Source: Malacoraja senta
Taxonomy: Eukaryota
Direction: 5' to 3'
Length of the DNA: 64,000 bases
Assembly: GCA_038087875.1 (NCBI GenBank)
Contig: CM075988.1
Coordinates: 2,542,001-2,606,000, forward strand
The notes under the pieces are model-generated. The model searched no databases. It was not told the DNA's origin and saw only the letters and a list, made by a program, of their open reading frames with translations. The position numbers and the translations under genes were made by a program. Positions 12,321-25,041 of this stretch are shown here, in pieces; position 1 is the first letter of the stretch, and each line of letters starts with the position of its first letter.

Positions 12321-14221
12321 TTTTGTCCCATGAATAATACTGTTCTCTATTCCTGCAGAAACCCTATGTTCAGGTACTTTGTGTGTTTATTTTGGGACGA
12401 GTATTTAACAAAAGAACACCATTTTATGATTTGCATATTAAACCTGCCCTCTAAGTTATTTTTTTTTATGTCCATATCTGAACATAATCAGTGTGTTTGC
12501 TGCCCAAATGTGATTCTGTTGTTCATTCCTTGGTCTATGATGCTCAGGAGCAGTTTGAGTCTGGTGGAATATATTTCTACCACAGGACAAAATTGTTTCA
12601 AAGATTTGCAGGATTCAATGGTTTATCGTAAAACCTTCTCTTCAGAGAGGGATCCATGTGAACAGCAGAGGAGCAGGACCTTTAGCCGAGCATGTCTGTG
12701 CTGACCATAATATCAAAGTAAACTGATCCTACTAGCCTGCCTCTGATCCATTTCCCTCCATTCCCTCCATTTCACTCGCCTGTCTAAATGTCTCACCAAC
12801 ATATCCACCACGCAACCCTGGTTGTTGTGCGTTCCAGACACTCGCCTGTCATTTGTCTTGTGCATCTATTTTAAGATTACCCCCTTTCAACTTTAAGCTC
12901 TGCCCACTAGTAATTGACATGTTCACCCTGGGAACAATACTCTGACTGCCTCTCAAAACTTCTCTCAGATCTCCCTGCAACCTCCAATGTTCCAGAGAAA
13001 ACAATCCAAGTTTTTCCAACACGTCCTTATAGTTAATACTCTAATCCAGGCACAATCCTGGCAAACTCCTGCACTCTCTTCAAAACCTTCACACCCCTCC
13101 AGTGATGCTGTGACCAGAACAGCACACAATACTCAAGTATCAAGTTTAACTGTTATATGCACCAGGATCAGAAGAATTAAATTCTTATTTGCTGCAGCTT
13201 TACCGACACATTGGATGCAATAACACAACAAATAAATACACCATAAACTATAATACAATAAATGATCAGTTGTACTTGGCAACCAGGCCACAATAGTGCA
13301 AGCCAAGGTATGCAGTACAACCTGTGCAAAGGTAGTAGTTTGGTACTGAGGTAGGGTTGTGGTTAATTGGCCTCTGTACACTGCCTCGAGTGTGTAGGGA
13401 ATGGATGACAAAATGGGATAACATAGAAGCAGTGTGACCAGGTGATCGGTGGTCGGAGAGGACTGTGAGTCGAAGGGCCTGTTTCTATGTTGAATCTCAA
13501 TCAATTCAGTCAATCAATTTATTTTTCTTCAAGTGATCCAACATCTCCTTGATATCAACATGCCCGAGAATATGAGCATTCCTGCACTGATCTTACTATC
13601 CTCCATGTCCTTCTGGATAACTAACATGCAAAGTAATTGTTTAGTACCTAGCCCATATCCTCTTGCTCGTGGTCCTACACCCTCCCTGGTTTTTAATGTG
13701 TGCATAAAATGCATTAAGTTTTTCCTTAATCTTCATTGCTATGAACATTGACCATTTTGTCCCCCTCATGATTCACTGTTTTGAGTTATTTCCTGTTTTC
13801 TTTATATTAACAGTCAGTAATAATTTGGACCAGTGTTTGAGTTGTTAACTAGCCCTCCTTGATCTGCCTGCTCTGACCACATAATGGTCAGGAAATGGGC
13901 TGCTGATGGAAGCACTATCCCAAATTGAATGTAGATCGGAAGATTGTAACATTTCTTTTGTTGTTCTTTCACTGAGCTGCTACATTGGCCAACCTTTGTC
14001 CATTAAACATAGAAACATAGAAACATAGACAACAATGCTTTGACAACATTGCACACTCCCCACCCCTTTGCTGTATTAATTCCAGCACTTGTCCAATTAA
14101 ATTAGTTCATCTATTGATCTAGATTGAAGGTGGGGTCAGACAATTTCTTCAATAAAATAGTCCATCTGCAAACTCTGGTATCATGTGAAAGCATCGGGGC
14201 TAATGCAACTAAACTAAACAT

Positions 14222-16705
14222 CTGGGGTCTAGTGGCCAGAGGATCTAAGGTGCCGGAGGAACTGAAGGAAATTCACATTAGGCAGGAAATGGTGTTGGGT
14301 GGACCGATGGTACAGAAGGCTGATAAATACCCAGGTCTGCATCCCAGGGTACTTAAGGAAGTGGCTCTAGAAATCGTGGACGCCAGGGGCAGAAATCGCT
14401 ATCAAAACATTGGGGGGGGGGGGGTCACAATTCCTTGGCGGCTGCGCGCACACACACACATACACACGATGCTTCGGAGGCTTCAGCCGTGGGCCCTGTG
14501 GACGGTATCACCGAGAGCTGACCTGGTTGGTGACCGCCTCCGAACTCCAGCAACAGCAGCTTCGTCCACCCCGAATCGTGGGGCTTGAATCGGCCCGTTC
14601 GCGGGGCCTTTCATCGCTCGGCGCGGCTTAAAATCGGCCGGCGGGGGCTTCAACAATGGAGCTTCGATCGCCTCGATGCAGCAGTTTGATTTTAAGCTGC
14701 GCCGGGCGATGAAAGGACCCGCGAACGGGCCGATTCAGCCCTTAGAAAGCGTCTGATACCCTCTTAAATCTTTCAAAAGCTCCAATGTGATAAATAACAC
14801 AAACAAATAAAACTGAGGCAAATAAACACAAACAGAAGAACCAACCTTGGAGGGGGGAGAGAGAGATGGGAAAAACATACTAAATAACGTGAGTGAGGGA
14901 CTTACCTGCAAGCCAACCACAAAACCTGTTCGACCGGATTCCTTAATGACCTGACCCGTTTAAATCCGATACTCGTTTAAATCTTTCCCATCCAATTAGT
15001 TCAAATGGTAATTGTACCCACATCAGACAGCTTTGGAAGGTCAAAACACAAGTGGTAACACATCGTGCTAATATGGTGTTAATAGAGACATTTAACAAGC
15101 GCTTAACAGTGACACCCCCACTGTCTCACGGAAAGCGGAGATTTAAATTTTTTTTTTTAAACCGAATTTCAAAATCCGGATTACAAAACATGGGGGGATT
15201 GTCCCCCACCTCTCAAAATGGGGGGACGCGCCTCGTCCCCCCCAGGATTTCCGCCCATTTCTGGAACATTGGAGATAATTTTCCAATGTTCTATAGATTC
15301 AGGATCAGTTCCTGTGGATTGGAGGGTGACTAATGTTATCCCACATTTAAGAAAGGTGGGAGAGAGAAAAGAGGGAATTATAGACCAGTTAGCCTGACAT
15401 CGATGGTGGGGAAGATGGTGGAGTCAATTCTAAAAGATGAAATAGCGGCACATTTGGATAGCAGGAACAGGATCGGCCCGAGTCAGCATAGATTTACGAA
15501 GGGGAAATCATGCTTGACTAATCTTCTGGAATTTTTTTGAGGATGTAACTAGGAAAATGGACAAGGGAGAGCCAGTGGATGTTGTGTACCTGGACTTTCA
15601 GAAAGTATTTGATAAGGTCCCACATAGGAGATTAGTGGGCAAAATTAGGGCACATGGTATTGGGGGTAGAATGCTGACATGGAAAGATAATTGGTTGGCA
15701 GACAGGAAACAAGGAGTAGGGATTAGCGGGTCCTTTTAGAATGGCAAGCAGTGATTAGTGTGGGTCAGCAGCTACTTACAATGTACATTAATGATTTAGA
15801 TGAAGGGATTACAAGTAACATGAGCAAATTTGCAGATGACACAAAGCTGGGTGGCAGTGTGAACTGTGAGGAGAATGCAGGGTGACTTGGACAGGTTGGG
15901 TGAGTGGGCAGATGCAGTTTAATGTGGATAAATGTGAGGTTATCTACTTTGGTGGCAAAAATAGGAAGGCAGATTATTATCTGAATGGTGTCAAGTTGGG
16001 AAAAGGAAGTACAACAAGATCTGGAGGGTCCTTGTTCATCAGTCACTGAAAGTAAGCATGCAGGTACAGCAGGCAGTGAAGAAAGCTAATGGCATGTTTG
16101 CCTTCATAACAAGAGGTGTTGAGTATAGGAGCAAAGAGGTCCTTCTGCAGTTGTACAGGGCCATTGTGAGACCACACCTGGAGTATCGTGTGCAGTTTTG
16201 GTCTCCAAATTTGAGAAAGGACATTCTTGCTATTGAGGGAATGGCAGGTTAATTCCCTGGGATGGTGGGACTGTCATATGTTGATAGAATAGAGCGGCTG
16301 GGCTTGTATACTCTGGAATTTAGGATGAGAGGGTATCTTATTGAAACATATAAGATTATTAAGGGATTGGGCACGTTAGAGGCAGGAAACGTGTTCCCGA
16401 TTTTGGGGAGTCCAGAACTAGGGGCCACAATTTAAGAATAAGGAGTAAGCCACATAGAACGGAGATTTGGAAAAACTTTTTCACTCAGAGAGTTGTGAAT
16501 CTGGAATTCGCTGCCTCAGAAGGCAATGGAGGACAATTTTCTGGATGTTTTCAAGAGAGAGTTAGACAGAGCTCTTAAAGATAGCGGACTCAGGGGATAT
16601 GGTTGGAATGCAGGAATGGGGTACTGATTGTGGATGATCAGCCATGATCACAGTGAATGGCGGTGCTGGCTCGAAGGGCCGATTGGCCTACTCCTGCACC
16701 TATTG
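14222..16705 (+). mobile_element. CR1 LINE, 5'-truncated, interrupted by a hAT-like MITE
   Basis: GLHPRVLKEVALEIVDA breaks at 14383 and resumes at ~15268; RT ORFs 15557..15739 and 16058..16252; tail ends at 16705. Confidence 0.9.
14384..15259 (+). mobile_element. hAT-like non-autonomous element
   Basis: Imperfect 14-bp TIRs CAGGGGCAGAAATC / GATTTCCGCCCATT. Eight extra nt at the CR1 breakpoint fit a decayed 8-bp TSD. A second, internally deleted copy lies at 61976-62385. Confidence 0.75.
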
Positions 16706-17409
16706 CAGGGCTCTCACTTTAGCTTTTTTTCCCTGTTGCCAGGCGAGCAAACTCGGCAGCTTTTTAGGTTGCCAAATGACAGTTTAGGTGGTCATTTAAG
16801 ACGGCTTGCATGACGTGTACGATAATGTGCTCGGACGAAGTGCGTAGTTACCAGTCGGAATTATGGTCAATGAAGCATTCACATATTATTTCTGCTTCAA
16901 ATAAAATCGCAAACTAAACATATTCACCAATCAAGACATGAAATATACCTAAATGACATGAAATATACCTCAATGACATGCAGCAAAATTACAATACAGT
17001 ATCTCATCTCTTTTTACACGTTGCAATGAATGCAATTTCTATTATCTCTTTCCACTTCCAAACAAAAATCTGGTTAGATTATTCAGCGCATGATCAACCT
17101 CGGTGAGACCAAGCGCAGGCTTGGCGATCGCTTCGCACAACACCTCCACTCAGTTTGCAATAGCCAACCTGGCTCAGCACTTCAACTCCCCCTCCCATTC
17201 TGAATCCGACCTTTCTGTCCTGGGCCTCCTCCATGGCCAGCACCTCATATTTTGCTTGGGTAGTTTACACCCCAGCGGTGTGAAATTGGCTTCTCCAATT
17301 TCAGGTAGTCCTTGCTTTCTCCCTCCTTCCCCTCCCATTCCCAGATCTCCCACAGCCTACTGTCTCCGCCTCTTCCTTTTTCCCGCCCCCCTCCCCTCCC
17401 GACATCAGT

Positions 17410-17437
17410 CTGAAGAAGGGTCTCGACCCGAAACGTC
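17410..17437 (+). ncRNA. Minimal type I hammerhead ribozyme core in Penelope pLTR
   Basis: CTGAAGA-AGGGT-CTCG-ACCC-GAAA-CGTC: CUGANGA and GAAA boxes, 4-bp stem II, palindromic ACGT stem III remnant, GUC triplet. Stem I is weak. Confidence 0.7.
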
Positions 17438-17778
17438 GCCTATTCCTTCGCTCCATATATGCTGCCTCACCTGCTGATTTTCTCCAGCTTTGTCTACCAA
17501 CGGGATCCCACCATTGGCCACATCTTCCCATCTCCTCCCGTCGGCTTTCTGCAGAGACTGCTCCCTCCGTAACTCCCTGGTCAATTCGTCCCTTCCCACC
17601 CAAACCACCCCCTCTCCTGGCACTTTCCGTTGCAACTGCAGGAAATGCTACACTTGTCGCTTTACCTCTCCCCTTGACTCCATTCAAGGAGCCAAGCAGT
17701 CTTTCCAGGTGCGGCAGAGGTTCATCTGCACCTCCTCATCTATTGCATCCGCTGCTCAAGGTGTCAGCTGCCCTACAT

Positions 17779-19110
17779 AACCATATAAGCATTACAGCAC
17801 GGAAACAGGCCATCTCAGCCCTTCAAGTCCGTGCCAAACATTTTTTTTTTTTGTGTGTTTTTTTTTTGCTTCCCCCTAGTCCCATCTACCTGCACTCAGA
17901 CCATAACCCTCCATTCCTTTCCCATCCATATACCATCCAATCTATTTTTAAAGGATAAAATCGAACCTGCCTCCACCACTTCCACTGGAAGCTCATTCCA
18001 CACAGCTACCACTCTCTGAGTAAAGAAGTTCCCCCTCATGTTACCCCTAAACTTTTGTCCCTTAATTCTCAAATCATGTCCTCTTGTTTGAATCTTCCCT
18101 ACTCTCAATGGAAAAAGCTTATCCACGTCAACTCTGTCTATCCCTCTCATCATTTTAAAGACCTCTATCAAGTCCCCCCTTAACCTTCTGCGCTCCAAAG
18201 AATAAAGACCTAAATTGTTCAACCTTTCTCTGTAACGTAGTTGCTGAAACCCAGGCAACATTCTAGTAAATCTCCTCTGTACTCTCTCTATTTTGTTGAC
18301 ATCCTTCCTATAATTAGGCGACCAAAATTGTACTCCATACTCCAGAATTGGCCTCACCAATGCCTTGTACAATTTTAATATTACATCCCAACTTCTATAT
18401 TCAATGCTCTGATTTATAAAGGCCAGCACACCAAAAGCTTTCTTTACCACCCTATCTACATGAGATTCCACCTTCAGGGAACACACAGTTATTCCTAGAT
18501 CCCTCTGTTCAACTGCATTCCTCAATTCGCTACCATTTACCATGTACGTCCTATTTTGATTTGTCCTGCCGAGATGCTGCACCTCAGCATTAAACTCCAT
18601 CTGCCATCTGACATCTTAGCCCAATCTTCCAAATGGCCTAAATCTCTCTGTAGACTTTGAAAATCTACTTCATTATCACAACACCACCTATCTTAGTATC
18701 ATCTGCATACTTTCTAATCCAATTTTCCACACCATCATCCAGATCATTGATGTACATGACAAACAACAGTGGACCCAACACAGACCCCTGAGGCACCCCA
18801 CTAGTCACCGGCCTCCAACCTGACAAACAGCCATCCACCATTACTCTCTGGCATCTCCCATTCAGCCACTGTTGAATCCATCTTGCTACTCCACCATTAA
18901 TACCCAACAATTGAATCTTCTTAACCAACCTTCCATGAGGAACCTTGTCAAAGGCCTTACTGAAGTCCATATAGACAACATCCACTGCTTTACCCTCATC
19001 AATTTCCCTGCTAACCTCTTTGAAAAATTCAAGAAGATTAGTCAAACATGACCTTCCAGGCACAAATCCATGTTGACTGTTCCTAATCAGACCCTGCTTA
19101 TCCAGATGCT
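17779..19110 (-). mobile_element. CR1 LINE (distinct subfamily), 5'-truncated
   Basis: ORFs 18665..19252 ([20 protein letters not shown]) and 17896..18600; TACAT appears on both sides of the insertion. Confidence 0.93.
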
Positions 19111-19465
19111 TACATCGGTGAGACCAAGCGTAGGCTTGGCGATCGCTTCGCCCAACACCTCCGCTCGGTTCGCAATAACCAACCCGGTGGCTCAGCACTT
19201 CAACTCCCCCTTCCATTCCGAATCCAACCTTTCTGTCCTGGACCTCCTCCATGGCCAGAGTGAGACCACTGTAAATTGGAGGAGCAGCACCTCATATTTC
19301 GCTTGGGCAGTTTACACCCCAGCAGTATGAACATTGACCTCCAATTTCAGGTAGTCCCTGCTTTCTCCTCCGCTTCCCAGGTCTCCCTCAGCCCACTGTC
19401 TCCGCCTCTTCCTTTCTTCTTCCCGCCCCACCCCCCCCCCCCCCCCCCCCGGCACTCACATCAGT

Positions 19466-19493
19466 CTGAAGAAGGGTCTCGACCTGAAACGTC
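19466..19493 (+). ncRNA. Minimal hammerhead ribozyme core in Penelope pLTR
   Basis: CTGAAGA-AGGGTCTCGACCT-GAAA-CGTC. Confidence 0.62.
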
Positions 19494-19770
19494 GCCTATT
19501 TCCTTCGCTCCATAGATGCTGCCTCACCTGCTGAGTTTCTCCAGCACTTCTGTCTCCCCATTCACACCAGTTCTGTAATCCCACTTTCCTCACCCTACAC
19601 ATTAGGGGCAATTTTACAGAGACAGGTTAACCTACAAAGCCAATGCGTCTTTGGATGTGGGAGGAAACCCACATGCTTGCAGGGAGAATGTGCAAATTCA
19701 ACACAGACAGTGCCGAGGACAGGATCGATCACAGATCTCTGGCGTGTGAGGGCAGCAAGTCCACCAGCTG

Positions 19771-20653
19771 GTACACAAAAATGCTGGAGAAACTCAGCAG
19801 GTGCAGCAGCATCTATGGAGCGAAGGAAATAGGTAACGTTTCGGGCCGAAACCCTTCTTCAGACTGATAGGGGGTGGGAGAAGAAAGGAAAAAAGGAAAA
19901 GGCGGAGGAGGAGCCCGAGGGCTGGGGGAGGGGGAGGAGACAACCAGATGGCTGATGAAGGGGAGGGGAACAGCCAGGGCTAGCAGAATTGGGAGAATTC
20001 AATGTTCAGGCCACCAGGATGTAGACTGCCCAAGCGGAATATGAGGTGCATTTCCTCCAATTTACGGTGTTGCTCGCTGTGGCCATGGAGGAGACCCAGG
20101 ACAGAGAGGTCAGATACGGAATGGGAGGGGGGGTTGAAGTGCTGAGCCACCGGGAGTTCAGGTTGGTAATTGCGGACCGACCGGAGGTAGGTTTCGGCGA
20201 AACGATCGCCAAGGTCTCACCGATGTAGATCAGCTGGCATCTAGAGCAGCGAATGCAATAGATGAGGTTGGAGGAGATGCGGGTGAACCTCTGTCGCACC
20301 TGGAACGACTGCTTGGGTCCTTGAATGGAGTGGAGGGGGGGAGGTGAAGGGACAAGTGTTGCATCTCTTGCGGTTGCAAGGGAAAGTACCAGGGGAGGGG
20401 GTGGTATGGGAGGGAAGGGAAGAATTGACAAGGGAGTTACGGAGGGAGCGGTCTTTGCGGAAGGCAGACATGGGGGGAGATGGGAAGATGTGGCGAGTGG
20501 TGGGGTCACGTTGGAGGTGGCGAAACTGACGGAGGATCACTTGTTGTATGTGACGGCTGGTGGGGTGAAAGGTGAGGACTAGGGGGACTCTGCCTTTGTT
20601 GTATGTGACGGCTGGTGGGGTGAAAGGTGAGGACCAGGGACAAGTGTTGGGAT
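19771..20653 (-). mobile_element. Penelope-like (Neptune-type) element, 5'-truncated, with 14-bp TSD
   Basis: ORFs 20241..20540 (CNRKRCNTC) and 20006..20509 (NLIYCIRCSRCQLIYIGET, GIY-YIG endonuclease). TSD AAGTCCACCAGCTG at 19757-19770 and 20654-20667; inserted into a SINE head. Confidence 0.92.
19835..19862 (-). ncRNA. Minimal hammerhead ribozyme core in Penelope pLTR
   Basis: Minus strand reads CTGAAGA-AGGGT-TTCG-GCCC-GAAA-CGTT. Confidence 0.65.
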
Positions 20654-23600
20654 AAGTCCACCAGCTGTGCCACTATATTTTATTTTCCAACACACAAAAC
20701 AATATGCATTGATAACTTTGGTTACTAAAAAAAGAAATATTCATTTTCAGTCTTAAATCTCTAAGTGAGGCTATTGTCCCCATTTACAGCTAATGTATGT
20801 TTTAATTCAGTTCAAGACTATGGAGCAGTACATTGGCCATAAAGTTGCTGCCTAAAATTGCCAGAGACCCGGAATTGATCCTAAATATGGGTGCAGTATG
20901 TATGGAGTTTTGTTTTCTCATTTATACATTGTTTACAGAGTACTATGTTTACATATTCTGTTGTGCTTCTGCTAGTAAGGATTTCATTGTTCTAACTGGG
21001 ACGTGAGAGAATAAAACACTCTTGACTCTTTGACTTACGTCGCTAATGTGTGGGTTGGAACTTGTGTACGGGTGATCAGTGGTCGGCATGGACTCGGTGG
21101 GCCGAAGGGCCTGTTTCCACGCTGTATCTTTAGAATTATACTAAAAAACACTAAAACAGAGGAAACCTAAAGAAGGGTCTCTACCCGAAACGTCACCCAA
21201 TTTCTTCTATCCTGAGTTGCTGGCTGCTCCATGGAGTTCCCCCGCACAATTAAAGCATGGAATAGTCTTCACCCTACATAGTTACCCAACCAGAAGCAAC
21301 TAAATTCTAAATTTAAGGTAGCTCTTTTTTCCCCAAGAACCCTTTTTTTGCTTGTCCAAGTCAAGAGTCAAGAGAGTTTTATTGTCATGTGTCCCATATA
21401 GGACAATGACATTCTTGCTTGCTGCAGCACAACAGAATATGTAAACATAATACAGAACAGGAGATAAAAAGTTCAGTGTGTCTATATACCATAGACCATA
21501 TATATACACAATAAATAAACATAAAATGCAATAGGCTGTTATTTTTCAGAGTTTGGAGTTTGGTTGTGGTGGGTCCACTCCAGTTTAAATTCCATTTGGA
21601 ATATTTTTGGAGGACCAAGAAACCAAGAAGCAAGTTTCTTCAGGTCTCCAGCTCTAGGGAGTAATTCTGCGTTGGTTTTCAGCGGTCGCGGTGAGGCGGC
21701 GACCTGACAGCAATGGCGGCCAGATCTCCCACAATGCAAAAGGATGGAGAAAGCGACCGACGCCGACTAGTAGCCGATGATGTGCTGGCCGTGGTTGTGC
21801 GCATGTGCAGGGGGAGGATGTGCAGGCCGTGGCAGTGTGCATGTATAAGGCGGCCTGCCGTGCCGAGCCGAGAGGAGACCCGAGACCCGAGACCCGGACA
21901 CGAATGGTGGGCGGAGACGGAGAGTGACAGAGAGAGAGATAGAGAGGGGGCCCGCTCAGAATTAAACTATAGGTGTCCCGGGTGCTTGCCAAGCCGGGCA
22001 AAATGGCATGGCTTTCAGGTTGCCCAGCGGGACTGTAGGGTGCCATTGGTACCCGGGCAACCGTTAATTTCGAGCCCTGTATTGTTTATTGTCTATCTCT
22101 TTTCAGATGTTGAACTGGAGAATAGGGAATCTGTATCCCCTGTGGGGAGATGAGTCACTGAACCCTGGGGAATGTACAGGAGACAGAATTAAACTCCACA
22201 GAAAAAAGCCAACAATAATCATTGCTCAAAAATGTGCAACTGGTGTGCAGGTTTGTAGGTTAATTGGTTGCTGTGAATTAACCTTATTCACTCTGTGTGG
22301 AGCCTACACTTCCCATCTGTGACTGCCTAGGTTTCCTTTGGGTGCTGCAGAATCCTCCAAGATCCCAAAATCTATGCTATTCGGTAGGTTAATTGGCAAT
22401 AGTGAGTAGCCCATAAATGGGTGGTGGGAGAATCAGTAGTGGGCAGATTAATGGGCATGTGAGAGGGAATATGTTACAAGGAAGTAAGTGTGGGAATGAG
22501 ATTAATGGATTGTTCTGCGAGCTGGCATAGACTCAAAGGGCCAAATGGCCACCTCATTTGATGTACGAGGATATAAATAAGAGTTATATGAGGGTCATGC
22601 ACATAGCTAAGCCTCGAAAGATTTATATCTAGGTGCACCTAGGTAGTTCCCACAGCGACACTGTTAAACAGCCCGACACACAAGCCTACACTGCTCAATG
22701 TAGCTCACTCTCAGCTTCCCCGCTTCAGCATAACCCAGGCCACTGCCCCTGATCGTGTGAACAAGCTGCTTTGCTGAGGTATGATTTTCATTTGGCGTAA
22801 AGAGTGTTTGGGTTAAAGCAATCTTTTTATGACAAAGATCATCACTATTTTACAAGCCCAAAGTCACATTTTGGCAATAAAAACGTTAAAGTGAGAGCTA
22901 TATTGACGAATAAATTAGCACATTGCCTTCTACTCCTTCGAAAAGCACATTTTCACACTCACTCAGTCGCACACAATCGCACTAAATGAGTGCCTGTTAG
23001 ACAGTGTGCCCATCCTCAGTGTGTAAGGTGGTGAGTGAGTGCATGACTGCGAGTGGGCTGTGTAAGAGAGCGTGTCACAAAAATGTGAGCGTGAGAGCAT
23101 GAGCGAGTGTGTGCAAGACCACGTGTGTGTGTGTGTCCAAGAGCATGTTAATGTGTGCATGGCATTATGCCAGCACCTACACCAAGCCCATCAATCCCAT
23201 TACCCCACTCGTTTCCTCTATCTCCTCAGCCCATCAGCTACCATCTGATCTCGCTGCTGCCGTGTACACCAGTGACAAATTAAGCCCCAACCCGTGGTGC
23301 GTGAGAACAGGAAACCCCATGGGAGGTAGCATGGGACTGGGGCTCTTGGGGCTGTGAGGTAACTGTGCCACCATGCCTCACTGATGGGGAGAATGTGGCC
23401 TGTGGCAACAGGTTCTCTGGCACTGTGCTCACATTCCTCTGGAGTAGAGGATGCTGATTAGGAAACTAAACTGCATCGCTGCACACCTCTAATGGCCTGA
23501 ATCCAGTGAGTGGGTTCTGGATTATCCCAATTTGTTTGTTTCATATTTTGTAATAGCCTGATACCAGTTTGTGCATGTATCTGCTTCAGACACCCAGCGA

Positions 23601-23693
23601 GTGATGTGCTAGCAATATGTGGCTGAGTGGCTGGAGACTCCTGGTGCTGGTATTCTGCCGCTTTCACTCTCATTCTTCTGGTTTCCCCTGCAG

Positions 23694-23895
23694 GACATAC
23701 CTCTTTGTCTCGGCCCAAGTCCTTGCTGGTCTCGTCCCCTTCCACCAAGCTGCTGACCCTGGAGGAGGCCCAAGCTCGCACACAGCTCCAGATCAACTCC
23801 CCGCTCACTGCTGACAGCAAGTACATTGAAGTAGGAGATGGGCCAGCAGCACTGCAGGGGCGCTTCCACACAGTCATCGACTTCCCTGTGGACAG
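23694..23895 (+). CDS. ARHGAP32: ARHGAP32 coding exon (GHTSLSRPKSLLVSSPSTKLLTLEEAQART...GPAALQGRFHTVIDFPVDR)
   Basis: Acceptor tttcccctgcag|GA, donor GACAG|gtcagc; 202 nt, phase 1-2. Contains the conserved KLLTLEEAQAR and EVGDGPAALQG motifs. Confidence 0.95.
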
Positions 23896-23994
23896 GTCAG
23901 CAACCTTCACCGCCTCCTTTGCTAATGTAGTTTAGAGATGTACCTAGCATAAAGCTGTTGTGGTAATGTTCTTTTGAAAACATATCTGGTTGTA

Positions 23995-24233
23995 CTCTCT
24001 CTCTCTCCCTCTCCCCCTCCACCCTCTCTCCTGCCCTCCCCTCTCTCCTGCCCTCCCCTCTCCTGCCCTCCCCTCTCTCCCGCCCCCCTCTCTCTCGCCC
24101 CCCCCTCTCTCCCGCCCCCCTCTCTCCCGCCCCCTCTCTCTCGCCCCCCCCTCTCTCCCGCCCCCCCTCTCTCCCGCCCTCCCCTCTCTCCCGCCCACTC
24201 TCTCTACCGCCCACCATCCTCTCTCTCTCTCCC
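23995..24233 (+). repeat. C/T-rich low-complexity repeat of CCCCTCTCTC-like units
   Basis: ~240 bp of nearly pure pyrimidine on the + strand, 100 bp downstream of the donor at 23895. Confidence 0.95.
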
Positions 24234-25041
24234 ACCATGTCGATAGGAATGGCAGGTCCAATCATTAACCTGGGATTGAGCAGGGTTTCGAGTGTTTCTG
24301 GCCTTGGTGCCTTTACTTTAGAAGTGAGGAAGGGTTGTGATGAGGAATTGTAAGGAGAGGCAGCACTTTATCAGCTCACATACAGCAATTTAAATCTTCT
24401 CCCCAAAGCAGCCTTCACATCTCTTCAGCGGCCAAGTGTCTCGGAACCTGGGAAACAGTTTAACCCTCGAATCACGTTAAAATCATCTGCAGCCAATTTG
24501 ATCAAAAGGTTTAAATTGCCATTTCATCCATCGGGACCCGTTTGCAGCATTATGTGAGGACTTGCATTCTCTGAAAGATCATCACAGATTTCTCACGTAA
24601 AGATGTGCAAATGTACAAAAAGAGAAGCTGCTGGAAGCATTAGTCTGAAGCAGAGTCTCGACCCGAAACGTCACCCATTCCTTCGCTCGAGAGATGCTGC
24701 CTGTCCCGCTGAGTTACTCCAGTTGTTTGTGTCTGGCATTCGGCAGGCCAGGATGTGGAGAGAGAGAAAAAGAGCCACTGTTTCAGGTCAATTACCTTCG
24801 CTCAGAAAGATATGATTTATTTATTATGCCACAGAAGGGGGCCATTTGGCCCATCGTCCACGCATCTGCTCCCCCTGCAGAGCAAACCTCTCAGTCTCGG
24901 GTCCCATCTTCTTACTACCCCAGCAGTCTCTCTCACAAGCCCAACATTTGATTCTTCTGTTACCTGCAGTAAAGGGCAATGTCCAGTTCATAAGTGATAG
25001 GAGCAGAATTAGGCCATTCGGCCCATCAAATCTACTCTGCT

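Larger units (their letters stand above)
17100..19555 (+). mobile_element. Penelope-like (Neptune-type) element with direct pLTR repeats, split by a CR1
   Basis: Repeated 3' segment 17100-17498; body 17499-17778 (CNCRKCYTC knuckle); resumes at ~19111 with YIGETKR; second pLTR to ~19555. Both pLTRs carry the hammerhead motif. Confidence 0.85.
16706..22079. mobile_element. Putative CAGGGCTC-terminated DNA transposon carrying nested insertions
   Basis: Termini CAGGGCTC...GAGCCCTG, flanked by TATTG on both sides (16701-16705, 22080-22084), inside a CR1 (TATTGTC)n tail; subterminal GTTGCC/GGCAAC motifs at both ends. Confidence 0.55.

Noticed and set aside
21654..22153. 130-146 aa ORFs at the right end of the CAGGGCTC element as a transposase
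   Set aside because: GC-rich subterminal sequence with no DDE, BED or dimerisation motifs.
23897..24268. Gly/Arg/Glu-rich and Pro/Leu/Ser-rich ORFs
   Set aside because: Translations of the C/T low-complexity tract.
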